Shown: positions 19,641-30,019, counted from the stretch's first letter. The stretch: 64,000 nt of DNA from Sediminibacterium sp. Gen4 (GCF_013391385.1 NZ_JACBFI010000001.1:159961-223960); one strand, 5' to 3'. The notes: a model not told the origin generated them from the sequence alone. Made by a program: numbers and translations.

Positions 19641-20489
19641 TCAAAGCCTGATACCGGCAGAAAGATTCAGATAAAACATGCTTTTTCCGCGCTCTGAAAG
19701 ATCTGGTCTTCCTGCCGTGGTTATCAGGTTTTGTGGCATTACATAGGATGGTGTAATGGCCAAATTGCATTTACCCTTGACAAATACAATGGGCATGGCT
19801 ATTTCATAGGAAAGTATATTGAATTGGGTAATATTCTCCGTAGTTCTCTGCGTTACAGGAATACCCAATACGTTTTTTCTTTCGAGATAGGTATTGCTAA
19901 ATTGTTGTGTCCCTAAATTGGCAGTGAAAGAAGGTGCTAATGCAATAGCTGCATTGTTCATCCCTTTATTAATAAGAAACAAATGATCTACTCCCAAACT
20001 GGCATTGACATCTGTTTTATCACTGAATAATAAATTCAATCCGCCATTCAAGTTCAATATTTTATTTAGGTAACTAAGGTTAGCTCCCGTTTGTGATTTA
20101 ATGGCTGATTGTACCAATGTACTCTCATCTTTGTACAAAAAGCGAGAGAAAAATAGATTACCGGAAAAATGATCTGTCTCCGGAAAACGATACCCGGCTT
20201 CAATCGTAGCACCCGTATAAGCCGTCGATTGCATACTGTTCTGAACAAAAATGAAAGTTCCCTGTGTATAGAATCCCCCTTTGAGTTGAAAACCTAACAT
20301 GGGAAATAAACCACTGCTTCGCAAGCTATCGGTTCGACCAAAAAAGTGCAAGGCCGATTGATAATTCATAGATGCAGTGAATTCATTTTTTTGCTTGGTT
20401 TCATCTCCGGCTTCTTGTGCCAGCATGAATAAGGGACAAAACATTGCCAGCAAAAGCAATGTGCTGCTTTTGAACTTTTTCATAACCAT
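19641..20489 (-). CDS. Hypothetical outer-membrane beta-barrel protein
   Basis: Signal peptide, alternating amphipathic strands and C-terminal YLNLSAGIRL. Confidence 0.7.
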   Translation of the reverse strand: MVMKKFKSSTLLLLAMFCPLFMLAQEAGDETKQKNEFTASMNYQSALHFFGRTDSLRSSGLFPMLGFQLKGGFYTQGTFIFVQNSMQSTAYTGATIEAGYRFPETDHFSGNLFFSRFLYKDESTLVQSAIKSQTGANLSYLNKILNLNGGLNLLFSDKTDVNASLGVDHLFLINKGMNNAAIALAPSFTANLGTQQFSNTYLERKNVLGIPVTQRTTENITQFNILSYEIAMPIVFVKGKCNLAITPSYVMPQNLITTAGRPDLSERGKSMFYLNLSAGIRL

Positions 20490-20561
20490 AAAGTTTTAGT
20501 ATGTTTTTATCGACGGCTTATGAGGGTACTATCTACGATTTAGGTATCGTAATACTGTTTT

Positions 20562-21167
20562 TTAGCTGCCAGACTTCGCTGATCCTTTCGCTTTTACTTC
20601 ACCTGATGCTGATACAGAAGGCTTTACTTCTTTCGCTTTTGTTTTAGCTTCCGCAGCTTTGTTCAAGCCTGCTTCTTTTGCAGCTTCTGCCTTCGCTTTA
20701 GCATCTACTACTTTTTCTTTTGCCATGTCTTTTTGCTCATCCGCCATTTCTGCTCCTTCACGGAAAGGAATTTTAGCATTGGCATTGGCATTCACATCAG
20801 CTTCAGAACGAGAAGAAGCGCGTATCAGTCCTCTTTCTTCTCCACCCGCATTGCTGTTCAGCTCTGCCTGACTAGATGCTTTTACACTCGCATTGGCATT
20901 CACATCAGTATTAGTAGTTACACGTTTTACTGATCCTACTGTAGCGGCAGTGGTAGCACGTGTAGCATTCACAGTAGCAGCTGTTACTTTACCGGTAGCT
21001 GCGGTTGCTCTTACAGCTGCGTTACTGGCTACTGTAGTAGCACGTGTAGCATTAACGGTAGCCCTGGTAGCTGTACTGGTGGTTGCCCTTACACCTAATT
21101 GTGCTTCTGCGGTCTGTAAAAAGAAAAGACCCGCTAAGGCTGCTGTTGCTTTCATCATTGTTTTCAT
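20562..21167 (-). CDS. Secreted low-complexity Ala/Thr/Val-rich protein
   Basis: Signal peptide ending in AEA, internal repeats ATVNATRATT x2 and DVNANA x2, and a K/A/E-rich C-terminus. Confidence 0.75.
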   Translation of the reverse strand: MKTMMKATAALAGLFFLQTAEAQLGVRATTSTATRATVNATRATTVASNAAVRATAATGKVTAATVNATRATTAATVGSVKRVTTNTDVNANASVKASSQAELNSNAGGEERGLIRASSRSEADVNANANAKIPFREGAEMADEQKDMAKEKVVDAKAKAEAAKEAGLNKAAEAKTKAKEVKPSVSASGEVKAKGSAKSGS

Positions 21168-21212
21168 GATAAATAGATTTTGGTGAATAATCGGATTTCT
21201 ATTTCTTCCTTT

Positions 21213-21227
21213 TCAAGTACTGTGCCA
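21213..21227 (-). promoter_or_regulatory. Putative sigma-54 (-24/-12) promoter
   Basis: Minus strand TGGCACAGTACTTGA has the correct GG-N10-G spacing and lies ~45 nt upstream of the 21167 ATG. Confidence 0.55.
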
Positions 21228-21420
21228 AAAATTTATTTTCGTCTGAAATCCTTTATTATCAAGGGTTATAGAATCAAGCAAAATTTCATATGTACGATAT
21301 CGACAAAATTTTAGATTGCAAAGACCTTTAAATTTTTAGGTTGTGAAATTTTTAAAAACATATTTTTAAACAAAATCAGGAAGCCAATAAGTATTAAATT
21401 GGATCGACTAAAACCACTGT

Positions 21421-21924
21421 ATGAAAAAATTATTCATTGCCTTTGCTTGCCTACTTTCTACTTACTCATTTGGTCAGTACCAAAATGATGTGAGTTCTGA
21501 AGATGCTATTATTAAAGCGCTCTATGATGTGATTTCTGGACCCAGTACACAGAACCGCGACTGGGATCGCTTTAGAAATCTTTTTACAAAAGAAGCACGA
21601 ATGATAACAGTAGCAGTGCATAAAGACAGTGGTAAAGTAGTACGTACCATCACGCCGGAACAATACATTGAAAGAAATGGAAAAAGATTACAAGAGATTG
21701 GTTTTATTGAGGCAGAACTCAATCGCATTACAGAGAGCTATGGTGCAGTAACGCATGCTTTTTCTACCTATAAATCTGATTATACAGTGAATGGTAATCC
21801 CATGAAAGCACAGGGTATCAATAGCATTCAGTTATTCAATGATGGGAAAAGGTTTTATATCGTTTCTGTGTATTGGGATGGAGACAGCAAACTTGTGATG
21901 CCTAAAAAATACCAAGGACAATAA
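21421..21924 (+). CDS. NTF2-like/SnoaL-fold exported protein
   Basis: Signal peptide, LYDVISGP..RDWDRFR.LF and GINSIQLF.DG.R.YIVS.YW motifs. Confidence 0.78.
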   Translation: MKKLFIAFACLLSTYSFGQYQNDVSSEDAIIKALYDVISGPSTQNRDWDRFRNLFTKEARMITVAVHKDSGKVVRTITPEQYIERNGKRLQEIGFIEAELNRITESYGAVTHAFSTYKSDYTVNGNPMKAQGINSIQLFNDGKRFYIVSVYWDGDSKLVMPKKYQGQ

Positions 21925-21974
21925 TCAATACTATATCTATTATAATAATATCCTCACCCTGAACTGCTTTTCTC

Positions 21975-22673
21975 ATGAATCCGAATAAAAAAAGATCTGT
22001 TCTCATCTTTATATTACTATTGGCTATTGCTGCTATAACAGTATGGTGGAGTCAATCTCTTGCTGAAACAACGGATGGCATACGTGTTTGGCAATGGAAC
22101 AGTTGGCTTATTTTATTAGCTGGTCTTCCTTTTATTCTTATACAAAAAGAAGCGGGTTTACCTGAATTATATGATCCTTCCATTCCTAATAGACAGCGTA
22201 TCTGGTATCCTTTATTGATCGGTTTTCTTTTTGCCATTCCTGATGTGATTATTGTTGGCTTTTTGATGCATCCGGAACCTTATACTACAATGCCTCCCTT
22301 TTTACAACCTTTCCCGTATTCATTATCATTATATAGCTCAGGAGCACTGGAAATAGAAATATTTTATCGCCTTATTCCAATAACATTATTACTTTGGCTT
22401 GTTTCAGAAAAGCTACTTAAAGGTAAATACCGAGACATCATTTTTTGGTCAGTAGCCATCCTCACCGCTGTTCGAGAACCGCTTGAGCAATGGCCTTCAG
22501 GTAACATTTGGTTCATGATCTATGCTACCGGTTCCGGTTTTGCTATGAATCTCTGGCAAGCATACCAATATAGAAAAGCGGGATTTTTGGGTGCCCTGAT
22601 GATCCGTTACGGACACTATCTTATCTGGCATATATTACTGGGGGTTTATATTGAATTCGTTGTATTGAAATAA
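21975..22673 (+). CDS. Membrane protein, possibly CPBP/Abi-like
   Basis: About 6 TM segments. EIEIFYR resembles the EExxFR motif, and HYLIWH is near the C-terminus. Confidence 0.6.
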   Translation: MNPNKKRSVLIFILLLAIAAITVWWSQSLAETTDGIRVWQWNSWLILLAGLPFILIQKEAGLPELYDPSIPNRQRIWYPLLIGFLFAIPDVIIVGFLMHPEPYTTMPPFLQPFPYSLSLYSSGALEIEIFYRLIPITLLLWLVSEKLLKGKYRDIIFWSVAILTAVREPLEQWPSGNIWFMIYATGSGFAMNLWQAYQYRKAGFLGALMIRYGHYLIWHILLGVYIEFVVLK

Positions 22674-22690
22674 TCACACTGTATTAAATA

Positions 22691-23425
22691 ATGAGTCAAA
22701 ACAATGTTGGTCATCCATGTATACTACCTTATAACTGTTATAGTGTAGGTGACCATGCATTAACTTTTTCATTCGGTGATCGCATGGATACCACCGTTAA
22801 TGAATACATACTGCAATTGTTTCATCGGTACAATAATTTTCCCTGGCCCGGTATCAAAGACTGTATTCCCGCATACACTACCATTACTTTTGTATATGAT
22901 GCCTTGTATTTTCTTAACAGAAAAATAGACCCTATTGATACCATTCAATCGCTAGTAGATGAATTATTGATTCCCAATACATTTACGCACAAGAAAAAAA
23001 CAAACAACATCATTCGCATTCCAGTTTGTTATGAAACCAGTTGTGCACCTGATCTTGCATCACTTGCAGCCATCAAACAAATCACTGCCAGTGAACTGAT
23101 TCAACTTCATTCATCTGTTACTTATCGTGTGTTCATGAATGGCTTTTTACCCGGTTTTGCTTACATGGGTAAAGTAGATGAAAAGATCAACGCACCGCGA
23201 TTAACATCACCTCGACAAAAAGTTCCTGCCGGCAGTGTGGGCATTGCCGGAGATCAAACAGGGATCTACCCCATGGAATCTCCGGGCGGATGGCAGTTAA
23301 TCGGTCGGACCCCCCTTTCAATTTTTAATACCAACGCTGTGAAACCTTGTTTACTAGAACCCGGTGATCAGGTTCAGTTTTATCCGATTTCATGGAATGA
23401 ATTTCAAAACTGGTCTGTCCAATGA
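22691..23425 (+). CDS. pxpB: 5-oxoprolinase subunit B
   Basis: PAYTT, IPVCY, GFLPGFAY and SPGGWQLIGRT motifs. Confidence 0.92.
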   Translation: MSQNNVGHPCILPYNCYSVGDHALTFSFGDRMDTTVNEYILQLFHRYNNFPWPGIKDCIPAYTTITFVYDALYFLNRKIDPIDTIQSLVDELLIPNTFTHKKKTNNIIRIPVCYETSCAPDLASLAAIKQITASELIQLHSSVTYRVFMNGFLPGFAYMGKVDEKINAPRLTSPRQKVPAGSVGIAGDQTGIYPMESPGGWQLIGRTPLSIFNTNAVKPCLLEPGDQVQFYPISWNEFQNWSVQ

Positions 23426-24378
23426 GTATCCGCGTTATCAAAAAAGGAATACTCGATACCATTCAAGATGAAGGTAGGTATGGATACCAACACTTGGGTA
23501 TTCATCCATCCGGAGTAATGGATTCTGTAGCGATGCGTATGGCCAATACATTACTAGGAAATGCTATTCAAGAACCTGTTTTGGAAATTCATTTTCCGGC
23601 TCCCACTCTTTTGTTTGAAGAAGATGCATTGATTGCCATTGGCGGCGCAGATTTTGATGCAAGATTAAATCGTGATTTATCAGTTCCGATCAATCGATGT
23701 ATTGCCATCAAAGCAGGTACAGAATTGTCTTTTCAACAAAAGATCCGTGGAGCACGTGCTTATATTGCAGTTCGTGGTGGTGTTCAAAGCGCTCTTTGGC
23801 TAAACAGTGCTGCTACTCCCGTTGGATTTACTTCCATTGGTACACAATTGCAAAATGAAATGATTCTTCCTTTCAAGAACAATGATTTTCAGGTTGCTGA
23901 AAATAAAATATTCTCTTGGACCGCCCTCTCACCCGTAAATTATCAGGATACAATCATTCGTTATACTGCAGGACATGAAATCAGCCGATTGAATGATGCA
24001 ATGCAAACATTAGTAGACGACAGTACTTTTATAATCGACAAAAGCAGTAACAGAATGGGATATCGATTAGTAGGACCTTCCATTATCCCAAATACCCACA
24101 CCGAAATACTTTCTACTGCCGTTACACGAGGCACCATACAATTACTTCCTAGTGGACAACTTATCATTTTAATGGCAGACCACCAGACCACAGGCGGTTA
24201 TCCAAGAATGGGTCATATTATCACTGCAGATCTTCCAAAACTTGCACAGCGCAATGCCGGAGAAAGTTTTCAATTCAAGCGCGTTTCTCTTCATGAAGCA
24301 CACAAAGCATTACAAGCGCAGGAATTACATTTGAAACAATTGGAAACAGGTTGTAAATTACGAAGTGTGATTTTTTGA
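23422..24378 (+). CDS. pxpC: 5-oxoprolinase subunit C (biotin-dependent carboxyltransferase family)
   Basis: TIQDEGR.G, GVMD, GARAYIAVRGG, SNRMGYRL and D.QTTGGYP motifs. Confidence 0.92.
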   Translation: MSIRVIKKGILDTIQDEGRYGYQHLGIHPSGVMDSVAMRMANTLLGNAIQEPVLEIHFPAPTLLFEEDALIAIGGADFDARLNRDLSVPINRCIAIKAGTELSFQQKIRGARAYIAVRGGVQSALWLNSAATPVGFTSIGTQLQNEMILPFKNNDFQVAENKIFSWTALSPVNYQDTIIRYTAGHEISRLNDAMQTLVDDSTFIIDKSSNRMGYRLVGPSIIPNTHTEILSTAVTRGTIQLLPSGQLIILMADHQTTGGYPRMGHIITADLPKLAQRNAGESFQFKRVSLHEAHKALQAQELHLKQLETGCKLRSVIF

Positions 24379-24450
24379 TTTTTTGATCTGGGAAAAATTG
24401 ATCAATACTTAGTAAAATCAAGAAATCAAAGATCAAAAAATCAAAGATCA
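24368..24450. repeat. Inverted arrays of 7-8-bp units (TGATTTT/AAAATCA family)
   Basis: tgattttt tgattttt tgatctgg ... aaaatcaa gaaatcaa agatcaa aaaatcaa agatca. Spans the pxpC stop and the pxpA start. Confidence 0.75.
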
Positions 24451-25193
24451 TGGTAGTTGATATCAACTGCGACTTAGGCGAGGGTATGCCGAATGATGCT
24501 GCACTGATGCCTTTTATCAGCAGTGCGAATATTGCCTGTGGCTTTCATGCGGGTGATGAAGAGACCATGCGTCGAACCATTGCATTGGCAATTGAACATG
24601 ATGTGGCCATCGGAGCACATCCGGGTTTCCCTGATAAAGAAAATTTCGGTAGAACAGAAATGGATTTTCCGGAAGAAGATATTGTATCCATTGTATCGGA
24701 GCAGATCTATATTATGCTGGATCTTGTTTTTGCGATGGGCGGAAAATTGCAGCACGTAAAACCGCATGGTGCTTTGTACAACATGTCTGCAAGAGATCTC
24801 TCTTTGGCAAACGCCATTGCCAACGCCATAAAGGACATTGATGAAAACCTCATTCTGTTCGGACTCAGTGGCAGTAAGAGTATTCAAGCAGCGGAATCCA
24901 TTGGATTGCAAACAGCCAATGAAGTATTTGCTGATAGAAGCTATTCCTCGGATGGAAACCTTATATCCCGTAAAGAAAAAAATGCACTGATCAGTGATGT
25001 AAGCAGAATGGAAAAACAAGTATTACAAATGATCCAGGAACAACAAGTGACCAGTGTTGACGGAAGTATTGTTCCATTAAAAGCAGATACCATTTGTATC
25101 CATGGGGATGGAGAACATGCCATTGTTTTTGCGAAACAATTACATCAACTATTACACAACCATCATATCACCCTTCAATCTTTCAAGCGTTGA
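24450..25193 (+). CDS. pxpA: 5-oxoprolinase subunit A (LamB/YcsF)
   Basis: DINCDLGEG, SANIACGFHAGD, GAHPGFPD, HVKPHGALYN and DTICIHGD motifs. Confidence 0.95.
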   Translation: MVVDINCDLGEGMPNDAALMPFISSANIACGFHAGDEETMRRTIALAIEHDVAIGAHPGFPDKENFGRTEMDFPEEDIVSIVSEQIYIMLDLVFAMGGKLQHVKPHGALYNMSARDLSLANAIANAIKDIDENLILFGLSGSKSIQAAESIGLQTANEVFADRSYSSDGNLISRKEKNALISDVSRMEKQVLQMIQEQQVTSVDGSIVPLKADTICIHGDGEHAIVFAKQLHQLLHNHHITLQSFKR

Positions 25194-26365
25194 AACAACT
25201 GAAGAAGAACAGCGCTATCACAGGTGCAGCATTTTTGATGGCTACTTCAGCAATTGGTCCGGGCTTTCTGACACAAACCACTGTATTTACACAAAGCCTA
25301 CTCGCTAGTTTTGGTTTTGTGATCTTAATCTCTGTTCTTCTAGACATCATTGCTCAACTCAACATCTGGCGCATACTCGCTGTTACCGGTAAACGTGCGC
25401 AGGATATTGCGAATGAAGTAGTACCGGGATTGGGTTATGTTTTGTCGTTGCTGATTGTTCTGGGTGGACTCGCGTTCAACATCGGTAATATTGGTGGATG
25501 TGGCTTAGGTTTAAATGTATTAACGGGTTTGCCCAATACCACAGGAGCCCTCATCAGTTGTGGCATTGCGTTGTTTCTTTTCTGGATGAAAGAATTCAGT
25601 AGCCTGATGGATAGTTTCACCAAAGTATTGGGCATACTGATGATTCTACTCACTTTATATGTAGCGATCAGTTCTACCCCACCGGTGATGGATGCTATAC
25701 AACATAGTTTTATTCCTGAACAAATAAATGCCAAAGCCATCGTAACATTAGTAGGTGGTACTGTTGGTGGATATATTTGTTTCGCAGGTGGACATCGTTT
25801 ACTGGATGCAGGATTAAGCGGTGTAAGCTCCTTACCACAAGTAAGCAAAAGTGCGGTAACAGGAATTTGTGTGACGGCAGTAATGCGTATTGTTTTATTT
25901 CTGGCTGTACTGGGAGTGGTAAGTAAAGGATATTTACTTGATAGCACAAATCCACCGGCCTCCGTTTTCAAAATTGCAGCGGGGGAGTTGGGATATCGAT
26001 TTTTTGGTGTGGTGATGTGGTGTGCTGCTATTACTTCTGTTGTGGGGGCAGCTTATACCTCTGTTTCTTTTCTGAGGACTTTTCATTCTTGGATTGAGAA
26101 AAATTATCGGGTACTGATCAGTGTATTTATTGTTTCCTCTACAATGATTTATATAAGCATAGATAATCCAGTGAGTATTTTAGTAACAGTAGGGGCTTTG
26201 AACGGATTGATACTTCCTGTTGCCTTAGCGGTAATGCTTATTGTGATAAAACGTAAACCAATAATGGGTTATAAGCACTCACAATGGTTAAGTATAAGTG
26301 GTTGGATGGTAGTACTAGTGATGATTTATTTCAGCATAGTGACAATAAAAAATGGAATTTTTTGA
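25190..26365 (+). CDS. NRAMP-family transporter (YcsG-like, probable 5-oxoproline uptake)
   Basis: GAAFLMATSAIGPGFLTQT, AFNIGN and GGTVGGY motifs. TTG start at 25190 overlaps the pxpA stop. Confidence 0.88.
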   Translation: MKQLKKNSAITGAAFLMATSAIGPGFLTQTTVFTQSLLASFGFVILISVLLDIIAQLNIWRILAVTGKRAQDIANEVVPGLGYVLSLLIVLGGLAFNIGNIGGCGLGLNVLTGLPNTTGALISCGIALFLFWMKEFSSLMDSFTKVLGILMILLTLYVAISSTPPVMDAIQHSFIPEQINAKAIVTLVGGTVGGYICFAGGHRLLDAGLSGVSSLPQVSKSAVTGICVTAVMRIVLFLAVLGVVSKGYLLDSTNPPASVFKIAAGELGYRFFGVVMWCAAITSVVGAAYTSVSFLRTFHSWIEKNYRVLISVFIVSSTMIYISIDNPVSILVTVGALNGLILPVALAVMLIVIKRKPIMGYKHSQWLSISGWMVVLVMIYFSIVTIKNGIF

Positions 26366-26376
26366 GAAATGGCTAC

Positions 26377-28566
26377 TTATACATCCCCGGTTTCATATGG
26401 TAACTTCAATTCAATTCTAGCCCCTTTTTCCATATCAATAATATTGATTGTTGCATTTGCCTTTTTCATCTTATTTAAAAGTAGAATTCGTTCTCGTGTA
26501 ATTTTCATTCCCAATGAACGGCGGATTGACTGATCAGAACTTTGCTTGTTAAAACCAACACCATTATCTTCAACAATGCAATTTAAAAACTCATTTGTAT
26601 GAGATATTTCAATGCGAATCATACCTCCCGAAGAATAAGAAGCTATTCCATGCCAAATACTATTTTCAACAAAGGGCTGAAGAATTAATGGAGGAATCAT
26701 TGTCTGCTCCGGATCTATATCTGGATGTACTTGTATTTGATAGTTAAAGTTATAAGCCATTCTTTGCGACTCAATATCCATATACATTTTCAACATCTCT
26801 AATTCTTTAGATAAAGGGATCTCTCTAAATTCTGAATTCTCAAGAGTTGCACGTATTAGTTTTGCAAATCTGGTTAAATAATAATCAGCTTTATCTTTTT
26901 CATTCATTTGGATATAATGAGAAATAGAATTTAAAGCATTAAAAATAAAATGAGGATTCATTTGTAGCCTCAGTATCCTCATTTCTATATCAGCCATAGC
27001 TACTTTGTTTTCAAACTCAATTTTTTGTTGTAGAATATCTCTTTTACGCTTATAAATTAATAGTATAACACTTAAACTACTTATTGCTATAATTGCTATT
27101 ACTAGGATGTTTTTTCTTGCTGCTTTTTCTTTTAGAATATCTTTTGAAATGGCTTCTCGATCTTTTTCAGCAAAATATTCCATCTCTTTTCTAACAACTT
27201 CTGATCTTTTATCTTCAGCCTGTAAAGAGTCTTTTAGCATAATGAGTTTCTCTTGAATAGCCGAAAGTTGATAATAATTTTTTTGTTTTTTATACAAAGA
27301 AATCAATTGATTATAACACTCTGATTCACCAACGATGTCTTTTGCAGATTGAAAATATTCCATTGCTTCTATACAGAGCGCCTCCGCTCTTTTTAAAGGA
27401 TCTGGATAGCCGGTGATAGATAAAGCTTCGCTAGGGTTTAGAGATATCATAATTTCTGCCTTCTTTACCCTGCCGTATGCCAATGATCGATTGATAGATT
27501 GCTCACTGGCTAGTTTAATCAATTCCGTAATCATGAGGTAGGCTTCTTTCTTTTTTCCAGCATCTAATAAATTCCCACTTTTGTTAACTAGTACTCTAGA
27601 TATATCTTGCCACTCGTTTTGTCTTCGAAAAATTTGCAAGGCACTATCATATAATGAATCCGCTTTTTTATATTCTTTTTTCGTATTATAAATATTAGCT
27701 AGAGTAGCCCATGTATTAGCATGGTAATAAGTGGTAATTTCATTTTTCCCAAGACGTGTATATTGTAATGCTTTTAAATAGTACTCTTCTGCTTTTATAA
27801 TATTATTCTGGTTTTTATAAATAATACCTACAGCATTGTATAATAAGGATATCATATTGCTGTCTCTTACGGCTTCTGCAAGCTTTAAAGAAGCAAGTCG
27901 ATATTGAATCGAACGATCAAAATCTGAAACTAAAAAATAGAGGGCTCCAAAATCGCTCAATATAGTCATCTGTATAGCAGTATCATTACTCTGCTGTGCC
28001 CATTTATTTGACTTATTAAAATATTCATACGCTTTTGTGAGTTTCGATTCATTTTGTTCTATAATACCTAGAATACGATACGATTTCGCAGCGAAAGCAT
28101 GCTCTTTAAGTTCTTCAAAATTTTTAGCGGATTGTAAAATCACTTTTCGTGCAGAATCTGTTTTATTCAGATAAACAAGTGAAACTCCATAATATTGCAT
28201 CGATAAACTTTCTCTTTTTTTATCTTTTGCGATCTGATATTGTTGAATACTTTGAACATACCATACTACCGCTGAATCATAAATACTATAGTAATAAAAT
28301 ATATCAGCCTTTGTTTTATAACATAGACCTGAAAAAGAAGGATATCTTATCCGACCAAGCATTGAAATAGCTCTATTAATGGCTTGTAGAGCTGCATCCT
28401 TATTCGTCTCAGTATTTTTTTCTGCTATTGATACCAGTTTTTTGATCTCAAGCGTATCGTCTTGCTTGAGCTGCTTTGTTTCACTACCAATTTTTTGTCT
28501 ACCAAGATCTTGGGCATGAATATTATGGTAGTGAATCAGGAATAGTAGGGTGAATATGTATCGCAT
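26377..28566 (-). CDS. TPR-ectodomain LytS/YehU-type sensor histidine kinase
   Basis: Signal peptide, TPR-like helices, one TM segment, and LRLQMNPHFIFNALNSI, LQPFVENSIWHG and DNGVG motifs. Confidence 0.88.
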   Translation of the reverse strand: MRYIFTLLFLIHYHNIHAQDLGRQKIGSETKQLKQDDTLEIKKLVSIAEKNTETNKDAALQAINRAISMLGRIRYPSFSGLCYKTKADIFYYYSIYDSAVVWYVQSIQQYQIAKDKKRESLSMQYYGVSLVYLNKTDSARKVILQSAKNFEELKEHAFAAKSYRILGIIEQNESKLTKAYEYFNKSNKWAQQSNDTAIQMTILSDFGALYFLVSDFDRSIQYRLASLKLAEAVRDSNMISLLYNAVGIIYKNQNNIIKAEEYYLKALQYTRLGKNEITTYYHANTWATLANIYNTKKEYKKADSLYDSALQIFRRQNEWQDISRVLVNKSGNLLDAGKKKEAYLMITELIKLASEQSINRSLAYGRVKKAEIMISLNPSEALSITGYPDPLKRAEALCIEAMEYFQSAKDIVGESECYNQLISLYKKQKNYYQLSAIQEKLIMLKDSLQAEDKRSEVVRKEMEYFAEKDREAISKDILKEKAARKNILVIAIIAISSLSVILLIYKRKRDILQQKIEFENKVAMADIEMRILRLQMNPHFIFNALNSISHYIQMNEKDKADYYLTRFAKLIRATLENSEFREIPLSKELEMLKMYMDIESQRMAYNFNYQIQVHPDIDPEQTMIPPLILQPFVENSIWHGIASYSSGGMIRIEISHTNEFLNCIVEDNGVGFNKQSSDQSIRRSLGMKITRERILLLNKMKKANATINIIDMEKGARIELKLPYETGDV

Positions 28567-28706
28567 AGTTGGTTAAAGTAATAGCAAATAAGTTGGTATT
28601 TCTACGGAGAAACAGTATATCTATCAAGTCTCGCATTTAATCAATCATAAGGGTCATTTAATAAACACCCATTGCTGTACTCTAGCTATGCAACTACCTT
28701 GTATTT

Positions 28707-29285
28707 ATGCAGTATGTTCCTACCAAAAAGAATCATTCGCGACTCATTATATTATTATTGTTTTCTAGTATTCTACTCTTTCATTTAGGCGTATTTACCG
28801 AATACGCAACAAGTTCTAATGGTGCATCTACATTAACAGGATTAGATTTTTTATACAATCACTCAAATAATGTTCGCCCATTAGAAATACCGAACATCTG
28901 GATCATAGTTTCTTTAAGCGCTGCATTGGGGGGCATGTGTATGTATTTATACAGTAAGCAAGAAAGGGGATACGGCTTTCTTTTTGGATTAGCGGGTTTT
29001 ACAGGATTGATCTTACTACAAAGCAGTGCTTCTAACAGCATTACAGGCCCTACAAACAACGTAGTAATCTTACATTTTACATGGGGGTATTGGGTATCGG
29101 TGATTCATTTTGCTTTGGCGGCTTGTATCAGCTTTATTCAACAGTCTAATAATCAGCGGTTTCAACAAGAATCGCCTAGACAATTACACATCAACATTAT
29201 ATCATCATCTGAAATACCCGGATATCCACTCAATGAAGATAGTTCAGGTTCAACCGATAAAAAATCTCCTTTCAATAATCAATAA
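28707..29285 (+). CDS. Hypothetical 4-TM membrane protein
   Basis: 192-aa ORF with four hydrophobic segments and a polar tail. Confidence 0.65.
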   Translation: MQYVPTKKNHSRLIILLLFSSILLFHLGVFTEYATSSNGASTLTGLDFLYNHSNNVRPLEIPNIWIIVSLSAALGGMCMYLYSKQERGYGFLFGLAGFTGLILLQSSASNSITGPTNNVVILHFTWGYWVSVIHFALAACISFIQQSNNQRFQQESPRQLHINIISSSEIPGYPLNEDSSGSTDKKSPFNNQ

Positions 29286-29317
29286 TCACACAAACTATCA
29301 AATTAAAAACTACAAAA

Positions 29318-30019
29318 ATGGAAAATCAACAACAACCGGAAATGCTTCCTCTGCAGGAGGCCCAAACAACAAATGGCAGTTTTGATAAAGAGAAAATTGC
29401 CAGATTTTATAAACAAGGCCTACCGGCGCTTCTAAAAAAATTCTTTTATGAGCCCATCAATGGTACACAGACTATTCTATCTGAAAAAAATGAATCGTCA
29501 TATTTCAATGCGATAATTTTAATGGCAAGCACAATGGTACTATACATCATTCTCCCTTACATCATGATAGGTGAGATGAGAGAATATGTGGGGTTTGGTA
29601 AGATGTTCAAAGTTGGGCTTACAATTTTATTACTCATGCTGGTAATTAGTCTGATCGTATTTGGCATAAAATCTATTTCGGGAAAACCCATATTTAAGAA
29701 TGAATTACTTACCGGAGCTATCTGCGGTATCCCATTATCGCTTTTACTGATTTTTATTTTTGTACTTCAACTATTCGCTAAAGACAGTCTTCAACTCGAC
29801 CGTATCTCTTCGTCATTCGAGGCCATAAGCTCGTTCCAGAATGTTGGTATGATTGCGGCTCTAGTAATGCTGTATGTATTTCTCTTTTTGCTCAACATCG
29901 TTCAACAATCACTGAAATCAGCCGGAACTAAAGATGCGTACGCATGGTATTTATCACCAATAACCATTCTTATTTCCTTTTATATCACCACAAAAATTGC
30001 TGAGGGCCTATTCAACTAG
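29318..30019 (+). CDS. Hypothetical multi-pass membrane protein (Yip1-like topology)
   Basis: FFYEP followed by ~5 TM segments. Confidence 0.65.
   Translation: MENQQQPEMLPLQEAQTTNGSFDKEKIARFYKQGLPALLKKFFYEPINGTQTILSEKNESSYFNAIILMASTMVLYIILPYIMIGEMREYVGFGKMFKVGLTILLLMLVISLIVFGIKSISGKPIFKNELLTGAICGIPLSLLLIFIFVLQLFAKDSLQLDRISSSFEAISSFQNVGMIAALVMLYVFLFLLNIVQQSLKSAGTKDAYAWYLSPITILISFYITTKIAEGLFN

Noticed and set aside
25094-25189. N-terminal extension of the NRAMP ORF in the track
   Set aside because: It overlaps the pxpA coding region. The TTG at 25190, coupled to the pxpA stop, fits the family N-terminus.
28565-28598. AGTTGGT direct repeat as a LytTR binding site
   Set aside because: The two copies are 24 nt apart rather than the ~21-22 nt typical of LytTR sites, and they are too short to be significant in AT-rich DNA.
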